From Octopus vulgaris (lineage: Eukaryota): a stretch of DNA of 64,000 nucleotides. Position 1 is the stretch's first letter; every line of letters starts with the position of its first letter. Made by a program: the position numbers and the translations under genes. The notes beneath the pieces were generated by a model. That model had not been told where the DNA came from. It ran no database searches and saw only the letters and a list, made by a program, of their open reading frames with translations. Shown one piece after another: positions 23,656-36,909 of the stretch. Where the stretch lies: positions 21,824,001 through 21,888,000 of the forward strand of contig OX597833.1 in NCBI GenBank assembly GCA_951406725.2, written 5' to 3'.

Positions 23656-24070
23656 GGCGGCGAGCTGGCAGAATCGCTAGCACGCCGGGCGAAATACTTA
23701 GCGGTATTTCGTCTGCCGTTACGTTCTGAGTTCAAATTCCGCCGAGGTCGACTTTGCCTTTCATCCTTTCGGGGTCGATAAATTAAGTACCAGTTACGCA
23801 CTGGGGTCGATATAATCGACTTAATCCGTTTGTCTGTCCTTGTTTGTCCTCTCTGTGTGTAGCCCCTTGTGGGTAGTAAAGAAATAGGTATTTCGTCTGC
23901 CGCTACGTTCTGAGTTCAAATTCCGCCGAGGTCGACTTTGCCTTTCATCCTTTCGGGGTCGATAAATTAAGTACCAGTTACGCACTGAGGTCGATGTAAT
24001 CGACTTAATCCGTTTGTCTGTCCTTGTTTGTCCTCTCTATGTTTAGTCCCTTGTGGGCAATTAAGGAATA
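23656..24070 (+). mobile_element. SINE-B dimer nested in a SINE-C 3' half (23560-24190)
   Basis: Internal junction AAGAAATAGGTATTTCGTC; imperfect TSD AGAAGAAGGACCA / AGAATAAGGACAA. Confidence 0.88.
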
Positions 24071-25059
24071 AGAATAAGGACAAGGCTTTACAAAAAAATA
24101 AGTACTGGGGTCGATAAGTTCAACTAAAATTCTTCAAGGCGGTGCCCCAGCATGACCGCACTCTAATGTCTGAAACAAGTAAAAGATAAACCACTGCTTA
24201 ATTAGACACGTGATGTGTGAAAAATATGCGAAATGGTCATGGTTAGAATCTCGTTGATCATAAGACCTGTTCAATATGGCTGACGTGACTTGAGAATGAC
24301 GGTGGGGAACGCCGTCACCATTACCACTAATAGCTTCAACGCCAGCATCAAACCGCGACGATTTTTACCACAAGGACGATCACCACTAGCATCGTTGTCA
24401 CTATTACCAACCGGTGTCACCGCCACTAGCACCGCCGTCATGCACTATCAAGAACAGGTGACACCCTTACCATCACCACCACCACCACCGTAACATCAGA
24501 CTTCATTGTCACCACCGCCATCACCACCACCTCTATCGTACCATGTACCAGCCTCACTCGTCACTTCCACTGCCCCGCCCCTACTACCAACATAGTCTGA
24601 TCACGACTGCCACCACCACCACCACCACCAGCATAGCTGTCGCTACCACTTCCCCACCTCGTCACCGCTACCACAAATAAAAGAAAACCTCCTTGCTACC
24701 TCCGCTGTCACCGCCATCATCAGCACCAAACGAATCGACGAACCATCTGCACCGCCAAACACTAGACTCACTATCAGTATCACCTAACTTATCACCCCGG
24801 TCACCACTTCACCACTACCACCACCACCACCACCACAACCATTATCAACCACCACCAACAGCTCCGCCGCAACTGTCGCTATCTCTATAAACTAACACAC
24901 ACTATTTCTCTTTCTCTCGTCATTGGTCGCCACCATCACCAACACCGTCGCCGCCGTCATCTTTGTCACATTAACTACATTTTTTTCTTACTATCTTATT
25001 ATTTGTAATGTCGCCCTTACAACCAACTAGCTCAGTCGGTGTCAAGTACAGTTTATATA

Positions 25060-25399
25060 TTCTTTTATTTGTATCAGTCATTTGATTGCGGCCATGCCGG
25101 AGCACCGCCTATAGTCGAACATATTGACACCAGGACTTATTCTTTGTAAGCCTAGTACTTATGCTATCGGTCTCTTTTGCCGAACAGCTAAGTTACGGGG
25201 GTGGGGACATAAACACACCAACATTGGTTATCAAGCGATAGTGGAGGGACAGACACACAAACACGCACACACATGGCTTCTTTCAGTTTCCGTTTCCCAA
25301 ATCCACTCTCAAGGCTTTGGTCGGCCCAAGGTGCCACGCAGTGGGACTGAACCCGGAACCATGTGGTTGATAAGCAAGCTATGTAGCCACTCCTGCGCC

Positions 25400-25400
<1 letters not shown>
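25060..25400 (-). mobile_element. SINE-C with internal deletions
   Basis: Matches consensus. Confidence 0.85.
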
Positions 25401-25482
<82 letters not shown>

Positions 25483-25557
25483 CTCTTTTACTCGTTTCAG
25501 TCTTGCGACCGCGGTCATGTTACTGCGCCGCCGTGGATATATATTTATATATATGTA

Positions 25558-25845
25558 TATAGACTCGGGCCAACCAAAGCCTTGTGAGTGGATTTGGTAG
25601 ACAGAAACTGAATGAAGCCTGTCGTGTGTGTATGTGTGTGTGTATCTGTGTGTCTGTTTGTCCCCACCAACACCGCTTGACAACCGGCGTTGGTGTGTTT
25701 ATGTCCCCATACTTAACGGTTCGGCAAAAGACCGGTAAAATATGTATCGGGCTTTAAAAAAAATACTCGGGTCGATATATTCGACTATAAATTTTTCAAG
25801 GCAGTGCCCCAGCGTGGCCGCAGTCTAATGACTGAAACAAGTAAA
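25558..25845 (+). mobile_element. SINE-C, 5'-truncated
   Basis: Matches consensus. Confidence 0.85.
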
Positions 25846-25863
25846 CGATATATGTGTGTGTGT

Positions 25864-25934
<71 letters not shown>

Positions 25935-25974
25935 CAGATACATTTGCGTACAAAGTTTTAAATTGTTTTATATA

Positions 25975-26445
25975 CAGGTCGTCATCGACTTACGACCAAT
26001 CGACTTTATGACGATTGGCGCGCCAGCTCCCGACAGCAATAATAAATAGTCCATTTGAAATCTAATGGGTTTAATCCTTTAAAACTTGATCGCCGCTGTG
26101 GCTATCCCAAGGGGAGACATTGATGTAACCTAGTATTTATTTATAAGACGTCTGCTTGAAACTCCGAAATTTTTGCGTAACGCCAACCGGTGAGCGTGTG
26201 TCATGTTTTTGATAAGTTTTGCGATTGTTTCTTACACTACATAGTGTATTTCTTGTATTTGCATTCTTTGGTGCTTTTCCATGAACAAATAACACTATTG
26301 CAATATAATACAGAATGCTGTATGTGACTTTTACCTGAAAATATACCTTAAGAATGTAAAAATATGAAACAAAGCTATGTAAGCCTATAGACCGACTTGC
26401 GACCAGTCACTCATAACCAATTGTGGTTGTGAGTCTACGACGACT
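25975..26445. mobile_element. Tigger/pogo-like (Tc1-mariner) non-autonomous element
   Basis: TA|CAGGTCGTCATCGACTTACGACCA left end; decayed inverted copy TGGTTGTGAGTCTACGACGACT at right. Confidence 0.6.
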
Positions 26446-27373
26446 CAAACCCATCTGGTCAGGCAGGGCGATCTCCACTGAGACCAAAATGCGCCTCTTC
26501 AACAGCATCGTCATACCATTTGCAATATACGCGGCGGAAACGTGGAAGACATCGGCAAAGATCGTGCCAAGGCTCAATGTATTTCAGCTACGATGCCTCC
26601 GGCAGATAGTGCGAATATCTATTTCTTTATTGCTCACGGGGGTGGGGGGAACTAAACATAGAGGGGACAAACAAGGACAGACAAATGGATTAAGTTGATT
26701 ACATCGACCCCAGTGCATAACTGGTATTTATTTAATCGACCTCGAAAGGATGAAAGGCAAAGTCGACCTCGGCGGAATTTGAATTCAGAACGTAAAGACG
26801 GACGAAATACCTATTTCTTTACTACCCACAAGGAGCTAAACATAGAAGGAACAAACAAGGACAGACAAACGGATTAAGTCGATTATATCGACCCCAGTGC
26901 ATAACTGGTACTTATTTAATCAACACCGGAAGGATGAAAAGCAAAGTCGACCTCGGCGGAATATGAATTCAGAGCGTAACGGCAGAAGAAATACCCGGCG
27001 TGCTAACGTTTCTGCCAGCTCGCCGCCTTAATATACTGCGAATATCATAGCAGGACCACATCACCAGCGGCGAGATACATCGCCAAACTGATACCCGTCC
27101 ACTCCATCAGGTTGTTGTCACTGAGCGCCGCTTGCTATTTGCAGGCCATGTCCTCTGATTACCATCGTCGCGGCATGCGAAAACCGCCATTCTGTGGAAA
27201 CCACCAAGGGTGACCAAAAGCGACTTGGCGCATATCTTCATCGAGGACCGCAAAGCCATTGACATTTCATGGGATGAATCTGAAATCGTCACGGCCGACC
27301 GACCGACCACGTTGGAGAAACCTTGCCGCCCAATGCGCCACACGGTACAGGAGGACCTAAGACTAAGACTAAG
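26435..27373 (+). pseudogene. RTE-clade LINE 3' fragment (post-RT region) split by a SINE-B dimer
   Basis: LKPIWSGRAISTETKMRLFNSIVIPFAIYAAETW...FQLRCLRQIVRIS resumes after the insertion as QDHITSGEI...ERRLLFAGHVL; ends in a (CTAAGA)n tail. Confidence 0.85.
26620..27032 (-). mobile_element. SINE-B dimer
   Basis: 14-bp TSD ATAGTGCGAATATC / ATACTGCGAATATC (26606-26619, 27033-27046); fixed internal junction at ~26802-26825. Confidence 0.9.
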
Positions 27374-27374
27374 T

Positions 27375-27414
<40 letters not shown>

Positions 27415-27416
<2 letters not shown>

Positions 27417-27600
27417 ACGAGAAGCTTTATGAAAATAAACAAAAGACGAAGGCAGGTGGAATACAAACAAACAATTGTATTAGTATGGCGCTCGGGAATA
27501 TAAATAAAACAAGTCTTTTACGTTTCGAGCCTACGCTCTTCAATAGAAAGATACACAGAAAAGAAACACGGAGAGAAACAAGGAGAGAAAAAAAATGAGT
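27415..27600 (-). mobile_element. Penelope-type terminal fragment with hammerhead-like motif at 27515-27550
   Basis: CUUU-CUAUUGAA-GAGC[GUAG]GCUC-GAAACGUA-AAAG. Confidence 0.7.
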
Positions 27601-28239
27601 GCAGAAGCTAGCGAATCAACATGGCGATCTGATTCCGGCCAGAAGTCAAAGATCAAAACTTACAACTTCGTACGCAAATGTATTTCATCAGAGTTCGTAA
27701 GTTGACAAAATATCGTTTGGAAAAACCAACTACCTCCCCCTCCTTCTCCTTTCTCTTCTTCTTCTTTCACAACTACGACGATCATTATCACCACCACCAC
27801 CACCACCACCACTATCACCAACACCACCATAATCTTCGTCGCGAGTGATAAGGTAATAGTGGCGGCGGCGACGGCGGCGGCGGCGGCGGCGGCGGCGGAA
27901 TGCTGTCTGTTACTGAGATAAACGTTCCGATACCGATACGATTAAATAAATAGATTGGTTGGTTAATTAGTTTAAATAAAAGCCACAGTCGCGTTGCTGA
28001 ATACTGGGTATTCGATTACAGCTCGCTTCTCATATTCCAAAAATATGTGCGAATTAGACATTGGTAAGTATGAAGGGTGGTGTCAACCGTTTTAGAGAGT
28101 GAGAGCGGGGAAGGGGAAGGCGAGAAAATGGGGGGTGGGGTGGGAAAGGACAGAGAGAGAGAGAGAGAGAGAGAAGGAAAGAGGGGGGGGGAGATTGTGA
28201 GGTGGGACAAAGAGGCGCAAATAGTCTTTTAAAAATAAC

Positions 28240-28640
28240 TTGGAGTAGGAGGAGGAGTAGGATATGCAGAAGAGGAAGAGGGGAATAATGATCTGAAGAG
28301 GAGAAGGGGAGGAGAAAGAGGGTGGTGATGATACTGAGGAGGAGGAGGAGGAGGAGGAGAAATATTTGATGACGACATGAGGAAGCGATGAAGACGATAT
28401 GAAGAGGTGGAAGCGGAGATGAGGAAATGAGGAGGAGGAAGAGGTGATGACAATATGAGGAGAAAAAGGAGGTAAGGACGATATGAGGAGAAGGTGATGA
28501 TAATAAGTAGAGGAGGAAAAGGAGGCGGTGATGACGATGAGGAGGAAGAAGGGGAGGTAATGAGGATATGAGGGGAAGAAGAGGAGGGGATGACAATATG
28601 AGGAGGAGGAAGAGAAGATGATGATGGGAGGAGGAGGTTA
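28240..28640. repeat. Purine-rich degenerate (GAG/GAA/GAT)n field
   Basis: Seen directly; recurring GACAATATGAGGAG unit. Confidence 0.85.
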
Positions 28641-28669
28641 TCAGGATCTAGCCAGTCAGATAGAGAGAG

Positions 28670-28900
28670 AATGTGGAAGCCGAAGACAATTATTCCTGTG
28701 GTAAACTAGTCCACTTGGCACAATAATATCGAAATTATTACCGAGAGAGTGGAGGATATTGGAATTGACACTCGGATTGTCTGTCGATCTGCAGAAAACT
28801 ACAAGAATCCCAAGAAAGGTTCTTCAGATTTCGGGAGACTTGTTGATCACCAAACCTCAAGATAACATTCTTGATAATTAGCATGCAATAGCTTAATAAT
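28670..28900 (+). pseudogene. R4/Dong-like (restriction-like endonuclease) LINE 3' end, decayed
   Basis: Frameshifted IIPVV...VEDIGIDTRIV..DLQKTTRIPRKVLQI resembles the R4/Dong C-terminus; followed by AAT repeats. Confidence 0.6.
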
Positions 28901-28917
28901 AATGATGATGATGATGA

Positions 28918-29690
28918 TGCCCTGATGCAGTACCAGGCAGTAGCTCTTGTGGCTTCTGATCTCATCTGACTGGAAGTGTTATCACGTACATTGTTTTGTC
29001 TTGGTATGAAAGATGGGCTACAGCAAATATTCTGCTCAATACCACAGTTTGCTTGTCAGTTGTTTGACCTTAACCAGTTGAGCATTTCCCTTAGTGGCTG
29101 ACGATATGTGCATCTCTGATCACAAGCAGAAGTAGTGGGGGAGTATCATAGTCATGTGCTCAGAGGGATTCTTTGGGGTTTGAATAATTCACCTCTGGAA
29201 ACATGGGTGTTTCGTTCAACATCCTAAAACAACCCTTATTCAGGGACCTTTTGAACGAGATGGCTACTGGATTTGAAAAAAAAGTCTAACTGGGCCCCAC
29301 CTAAAAAGTCATGTGCTGTTAATCTTGATATGAGATCACCATGTCGCGCACATATGGTTGTGATGCAAGCTTCCTAGTGTATCCTTATCAGACGGGTAGT
29401 CATGATGGGTATACTGGGCTTTGTATATTTTGCCCCAGTGTCACTTTGATGGCATGCACTGCTCTCTCACTCAACAATGATAATAAAGAAAATTCTAACT
29501 GGGCTCCACCTGCAAGGTCATGCGCTGTTTATATTGATATGAGATCACCATGTCCTGCACATAAGGTTGTGATGCATGTGCCTGGTATACTCGTATCAGG
29601 TGGGTAATGATAGGTATACTGGGATTCGTATATTTCTAACCCTGTATTACTTTGATGGCATACACTGCTCTCTCACTCAATAATAATAAT
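28918..29690. repeat. Interspersed repeat with tandemly duplicated ~200-bp 3' part (29280-29486 and 29488-29690), each ending CTGCTCTCTCACTCAA(TAA)n
   Basis: Two diverged collinear units seen directly. Confidence 0.75.
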
Positions 29691-30090
29691 CCTTTCTACA
29701 AAAGGCACAAGGCCTGAAATTTTGTGGGGAGGAGACTAGTGGATTACACTGACCCCCCAGTATTTCACGGGTACTTAATTTATCGACCCCGAAAGGATGA
29801 AAGGAAAAGTCGACGTCGGCGGAATTTGAACTCAGAATATAGCGGCAGGTGAAATACCTATTTCTTTACTACCCACAAGGGGCTAGACACAGAGAGGACG
29901 AACAAGGACAGACAAACGGATTAAGTCGATTACATCGACCCCAGTGCGTAACTGGTACTTAATTTATCGACCCCGAAAGGATGAAAGGCAAAGTCGACCT
30001 CGGCGGAATTTGAACTCAGAACGTAGCGGCAGGTGAAATACCGCTAAGCATTTCGCCCGGCGTGCTAACGTTTCTGCCAGCTCGCCGCCT
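29690..30090 (-). mobile_element. SINE-B dimer
   Basis: Fixed junction GAAATACCTATTTCTTTACTAC at ~29851-29872. Confidence 0.88.
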
Positions 30091-30244
30091 GAATAACAAT
30101 AATCATAACTTTGCCCTAAGAGTCGGGAAGACACTCGGCAAGAAACAGGCACGAAATTGGAAGAGGAAGACAAACTCATAATAATAATAATAGTGGTTTC
30201 AAATTTTGGCACAAGACCAATAATTTCAGTGGAATGGGTAATGA

Positions 30245-30352
30245 TAATAGTAATCGGTGTACTTAGCACAACATCCAAACTGCTTCCTAAGAGACTGAAG
30301 AATATTGGAATTAAAACTCGCATTGTTTAACCTGAAGAAAAGCGTAATCCTG
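30245..30352 (+). pseudogene. Second R4/Dong-like LINE fragment
   Basis: IVIGVLSTTSKLLPKRLKNIGIKTRIV/NLKKSVIL, homologous to 28690-28800. Confidence 0.6.
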
Positions 30353-30550
30353 TCCTTGTTGCCAAAAGCTAAGACTGCGTGGTTTTTAATATAGCATGCA
30401 GGAATCGGTTAGCACCTCGGCTTTGCCCTTTCATCCTTTCCGGATCGATAAAATAAGAACCGTCGATCACTGGGTTCGATGTAATCGACTTTAACCCTTA
30501 CCCCAACTTGCTGGCCTCGTGCCAAAATTTGAAACCAATATAGCATGGAA

Positions 30551-30711
<161 letters not shown>

Positions 30712-30718
30712 TCTACTG

Positions 30719-31105
30719 TAGGTGCAGGCGTGGCTGTGTGATGAGAAGCTTGCTTTGCAACTACATGGTTCCAGGTTCAGTCCCACTGGGTAGCACATTG
30801 GGTAAGTGTCTTCTACTATAGCCTTGGGCCAACTAAAGCTTTGTGGGCGGATTTGGTAGACAGAAACTGAAAGAAGCGCGTCATATATGTGTGTATGTGT
30901 GTGTGTATCTCCTGCCATCGTTTGACAACCGGTGTTTGTGTACTTACGTCTCATAAGCTAGCAGTTCGGCAATAGATAGAATAAGCACCAGGTATCAAAA
31001 AATAAATACTGGGGGGGGGGGGGGTCAATTCCGACTAAAAATTCTTCAAGGCGGTGCCCCTGCATGGCCGCCGTCTAATGACTAAAACAAGAAAAAAAAA
31101 AGATA
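30719..31105 (+). mobile_element. SINE-C, diverged
   Basis: Matches consensus. Confidence 0.85.
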
Positions 31106-31489
31106 AAAAGAAAAGGAAATAGATACAAGGCTTAAAATTGTGGAGGAGGGGACTAGTCGATCACATTCACCCCGGTGCGAGGCTGGTACTTATGTTATCG
31201 ACCCCGAAAGGATGAAAAGCAAAAGTTGTATGTGTCCTACTATTTAATGACGTCACTCACAGCCAAAAAGAAAATATGTATTTACATAACTGTAAGGGAT
31301 TATCCCAGCAGCGAAAGGTCTTATCATGTCCGAGTACAATCGAACGTGTTAAACATGATTTTACACGAATATATATTATTCAAAGCTGCTTCGTGCGAAT
31401 TTAATCTCTCTCTCTCTCTCACACACAAACGCGCACGAATGTTCTAACTACCTGTTTAGCTGTATGTTTAAATAGCGCCTATTTCATAA

Positions 31490-31516
31490 ATATGTATGTA
31501 TGTATGTCATGTGTTC

Positions 31517-31562
<46 letters not shown>

Positions 31563-31795
31563 GTACATACATACATATATGTATGTTGTATGTGTGTATA
31601 CATATATATACATGAATATATATATATATGTATGTGTATATATATGTATGTGTGTGTGTATATATATATATATATACACATATATGTGTGTGTATGTATG
31701 TATATAATATATATATATATACACGCACACGCACACATATATGTATGTTTGTATGAGTATGTATGTTTGTGTGTTTGTGTGTGTGTGTGTGTGTA
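31490..31795. repeat. Degenerate TA/TG microsatellite field
   Basis: Seen directly. Confidence 0.9.
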
Positions 31796-31799
31796 ATTA

Positions 31800-32235
31800 T
31801 GTAAGTGCTGGTATGGCAGTATGGTAAGAAGCTTGCTTCCCAACTACATAGTTCCGGGTTCAGTCCCACTGCGTGGCACCTTAGGTAAGTGTCTTCTACT
31901 ATGTGTCGGGGGGCTGACCAAAGTCTTGGGAGTGGATTTATTAGACAAAAACTGAAAGCCCATCATGTATGCGAGAGAGCGATAACAAGGTTTGGTTTGG
32001 TTTGGTTACGTCCTCATAACTGGGTGATTCGGCAAAACGGGTCGACAGGTTAGATACCAGATTTAGGAAAAATGAAGAACCGGAGTCACTAGCGTAGCTA
32101 GAGTGTGTGCCGCCCTGGACTGACCGCCTCTGCTGCTCCCCCAAGCTCCGCCAGTGACTGGGGTCATTTACTTAGACCAAACAACTTCGAAGCGGTGCTA
32201 TAGCAAGGCCGCAGACCAATTCCTGAAAATAAGTT
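31800..32235 (+). mobile_element. SINE-C, diverged, with nested 70-bp TIR element
   Basis: Matches consensus on both sides of 32087-32156. Confidence 0.8.
32087..32156. mobile_element. 70-bp TIR mini-element
   Basis: CACTAGCGTAGCT ... AGCTCCGCCAGTG (13-bp TIR, 2 mismatches). Confidence 0.6.
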
Positions 32236-32843
32236 ACAAACAGACAGATAGATAGATAGGTAGACAGATAGACATACACACGTTTACAGAAATCCACACA
32301 CGTAAAGCAACAGCTTATAAGCAACGACTTATATTAACAGAGAAGACGATGAGAAGAGATGCGTAGCAACAACAGATATATGTTGTCTGTGCGAGTCGCT
32401 GTGTGGAGTTGTCGGGGAAGCAAGAAGCGCAACTGTTCAAGGAAAGAAGACAGGCAAATGTCACGTAAATATGTTCCTTTTCGATGTCTGGTGTAAAACC
32501 ACCTGATGGCAGCCGTTAGTGAGGAAGCGTTGCTATGTAACTGATCGAAAATGTGTCTAGCCTTATGTGTCAAGGAAAGTTATCTCTCATTCACTCTCGC
32601 TCTTATTACATACAGAATACACACTGCTCTATGAGTGTGAGTATGTGTGTGTACGTATGTGTGTGTGTGTGCGTATGTGTGTGTCATATTCATGTTTTTC
32701 ATTGTGTATATATCAGTTTCGGTGTGTGTGTGTTTGTGTCGGAATAAAAGAGTACTCAATACAATGGTAGATGTTAATGATATTTTGGTGGAGTCAGCCT
32801 CTTGCTGCTCGAGTTTCACCTGGAGGCACTGAGGGGCATCAAG

Positions 32844-32913
<70 letters not shown>

Positions 32914-32914
32914 A

Positions 32915-33085
32915 GGGAGCTTACGAAAAAAACAAAAGACGAAGACAGGTGGTGTACAAAACAAACAGATGTATTAGTATAACGCTCAGGAATAGAAAAA
33001 GTCTTTTACGTTTCGAGCCTACGCTATTCTACAGAAAGGGACACAGAAAAAAAACAAGGAGAGAAAAAATGTGTGTAGTAGCTAA
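32915..33085 (-). mobile_element. Penelope-type terminal fragment with hammerhead-like motif at 33003-33038, flanked by (TA)n
   Basis: CUUU-CUGUAGAA-UAGC[GUAG]GCUC-GAAACGUA-AAAG. Confidence 0.7.
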
Positions 33086-33087
<2 letters not shown>

Positions 33088-33140
<53 letters not shown>

Positions 33141-33318
33141 CATACATATCTATATATACATATGTATATATATATATACATATATATATATATACATACA
33201 TATATATATACACATATATATATACATATATATACATACATATATATATATACACATATATATACATATATATACACATATATATACATATATATATACA
33301 TATACATATATATATATA
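33088..33318. repeat. (TA)n/(TACA)n microsatellite, left flank of the RTE
   Basis: Seen directly. Confidence 0.95.
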
Positions 33319-34422
33319 CTACTACTACTACTACTATGGCAATCCCTCAAGGTCGAGGATGATGGTCTTCGCGCAAATTTATTGGTGAGTCCGCAGGTGA
33401 CTGATAAGACCAATTCTTGCTCGAAAAGATCGGTCACAGTGCGGACATCTAGTGCCGGAAGGGAGAGTCGCACGTGGTTGTATTGGCGCTCCTTCCGTCG
33501 TCGTCTTTTCTCCTCCAGCTCTGCAAACCTTTTCGACTCGAAATTCGCCGTTCCCTCATGGATGGTGGTTTTCCAGAGTGGTCTGTTTATTGCCGTTTCT
33601 TCCCAGTTGGTGAAGTCAATGTCACACTTTTTGAGGTTCGATTTCAGGGAGTCCTTGTAGTGTTTCTTCTGGCCTCCTTTTGTACGCTTGCCGTCTTTGA
33701 GTTGGGAGTAGAAGATCTGTTTGGGAAGTCGTTCGTCAGTCATTCTAACCACGTGGCCGCTCCATCTTAGTTGGCCTTTGATGACATAGGCTTCGATGCT
33801 GGTCATTTTTGCTTCTTGTAGCACGCTGACGTTAGTTCTTCTGTCTTCCCAGCTGATGTTGAGGATCTTCCGAAGACAGCGTTGGTGAAATTTCTCGAGC
33901 GTTTTCAGGTGGTGACTATACGGGGTCCAGGTTTCGGATGCGTAAAGGAGGGTTGGAATAATGACTGCCCTGTACACCATGAGTTTGGTATCGGTTCGGA
34001 TGTCCCGATCAGCAAAAACTCTTGTTCGAAGCTTGCCGAAAGCTGTTCCTGCATACTTCAGACGGTGTTGGATTTCATCGCTGAGGTCTACCTTTGCTGA
34101 CAGATGGCTCCCAAGGTAGCAGAAGTGGTTCACATTTTCCAGTGGATTTCCTTCGAGTTGAATCGATGGCGGGTTGTCAACACGGGCATTGGGGGGAGGT
34201 TGGTAGAGTAAGTGAGTCTTCTTGATGTTGATGCTCTGTCCAAGTTTAGTATATGCATGATGAAAAGCATTTAGGATCTGTTGGAGGTGATCCTCTCTGT
34301 GAGCTGCTACACTGTTGTCGTCGGCATATTGGAACTCTAGCAAGCTTCGCACCATTGTCTTTGACGTACTTTTGAGGCGAGCGAGGTTGAAAAGCTTGCC
34401 GTCCATTCTGTACGAGATCTCG
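33319..34422 (-). mobile_element. 5'-truncated RTE-clade LINE, young
   Basis: RT motifs FQYADD (YADD at 34328-34317), [24 protein letters not shown]; short 3' UTR and (TAG)6 tail at 33336-33319. Confidence 0.95.
33379..34422 (-). pseudogene. RTE ORF C-terminal part (RT domain end, thumb, C2H2 finger); no start codon, one frameshift near 33482
   Basis: About 310 open codons; the alternative frame continues [33 protein letters not shown] with TAA at 33381-33379. Confidence 0.9.
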
Positions 34423-34978
<556 letters not shown>

Positions 34979-36072
34979 GGAATATACACACACATACATG
35001 CAGAATCGTTAGCACGCCAGGCGAAATGCTTAGCGGTATTTGAACTCCTAACATTAAATGCGACATTGCTTTTCGGACAAAAACATCTCAGCACATCTGG
35101 TAGGAGTTACGCATATTATTTAATAACAGTCTGATTCGGCTCCACGCAACTTAAATTTTCGTGGGCTCGTAAAATGAATCCATCACTTGAAGAGCTAGGT
35201 TCGTTTTACGAACGTTAAGTCGCATGAAGTCAAATCAAACTCACTAAATTACACACAAGCACACGCACACACACATATAAAGATGACTATACATTTATAC
35301 TTATATGCTCGAAACGTAAAACAACTACTCCTTTCCTTCTCCGAGCGTCTTATTAATACTTTGCATGTACTACGTTCTCGTGTTGTTGCTTTTTTCTTGC
35401 TGTATTTTTCACCATTTCTAAAATTAATTACACACACACATACACATATATATAATACACATACGAATGTATGTGTTGAAAATCTTAGCATTTCTGCGTG
35501 TTCAATACACCATTCATCTGGTCGGTGGTCGACAATGAATAGGATCTTCATCATCATCATGATAACGGCGATGATAATGATGGTGACGTTGATGGCAACA
35601 GATCATCATAATCATCATCATCATCATCATCATCGTTATTATGTGAATATTGTCGCTCCAGTGACTATCGTATTTTTGGAAATTTTCTCACCTCTATTCA
35701 TTGCTGAAGATCTCAAAATTTGAGATTCCAAGGTCAGCTTTTTATTTGTTTATTTGTTTACCCTTTCTTAATATAAAAAGAAAGAAAAAATTCCCTGAGA
35801 AACTTGACATCATCTCAGAATCGGAGAAAATTAAAAACAAAACAACAACAAATCCGCGAAAAAAGTTTATCAACTTCATTCGTATGTTCCAGCACCGATT
35901 CACAACGTCAAGACTCGATCGTCTTCACATCATACCAACATATTTTAAACATTATCTTGAACACAAGGTTTATTGTTTCTCTCTGATCTTTTTTTACCCA
36001 TTCCATTCATTGGATTGCGGCCATGCTGGAGCACCGCCATGGAGGGTTTTAGTCGAACAAATCTAACCCTAC

Positions 36073-36490
36073 ATAGCTGTGCGTTAAAGAAGCCCGCTTT
36101 GCAGTTACGAGGTTTCTAGTCTAGTCCTACAGTGTGATATCTTGGGTAAGTACCATTATAATTCTGGACCGACCAATGACTTGTGAGTGAACCTAGTAAG
36201 CAGAAAATGTATGGAAGCCCGTCGTTTGCATGTGTGTGTATGTATATGTGTGTGTATGAGGGAGAGAGAGAGGGAGAAAGAGAGAGAGGGATCTTGTGTT
36301 CGCCCCACTCCCGCTCGACAACCGATGCTGGTTTGTTTACGTTCTCGTAACCTATCGATTCGGCAAAAGAGATGAATAGAATAGGTACTACACTGAACGA
36401 AAAAGTATAGCCCTGAAGTCGATTTGTTAGACTGAAACCCCTCAAGGCGGCGCCCCAGCATGGCCACAGTTTAACGACTGAAAACAAATA
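36073..36490 (+). mobile_element. SINE-C, old copy; opposite-strand tail fragment at ~35995-36065
   Basis: Matches consensus. Confidence 0.75.
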
Positions 36491-36823
36491 GTAGATACAC
36501 CACTTTTATATGTCACCAGATATTTTCTTTTTCGCTAATTCATTAATCCATTTATTCATTTAATTATATTTTATATTTCCCATTTGCTCACTATGCGAAT
36601 TATTTATATATTTACTCACCCGGTTAGAACGAGATCCACATAGCTACAGTTGGTCACCTGTAAAATAAAGCAAAAACAACGATGTTTATACATGAGTTGA
36701 TTATGACTACGTGAAAACAGATTTCTATATTTACTTAATTAAACCCATCTCAGCTCTGATCCAGTAAACCTACTGCCAGTCTTTACCGCCCTGGCTTGTA
36801 TTTCCAGGCATGGTTATGGCAAA

Positions 36824-36909
36824 ACACTGATGAGGTAAAATGCATGATAACATAATGATTCTATATAGTTATGTAATTGTTTCAGTAATTTGATGAAACG
36901 TGTGTATGT
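36824..36909 (+). ncRNA. Hammerhead-like motif with extended stem II
   Basis: ACA-CUGAUGA-G-[~60 nt partly self-complementary]-GAAA-CGUGUG-UA-UGU. Confidence 0.5.

Noticed and set aside
28240-28640. Acidic Glu/Asp-rich coding exon
   Set aside because: Frequent TGA/TAA interrupt the plus-strand frames and no splice context is evident; it is a degenerate purine triplet repeat.
32300-32600. Unique sequence as possible exon
   Set aside because: No recognisable protein similarity or convincing splice pair; it may be regulatory but nothing supports a call.
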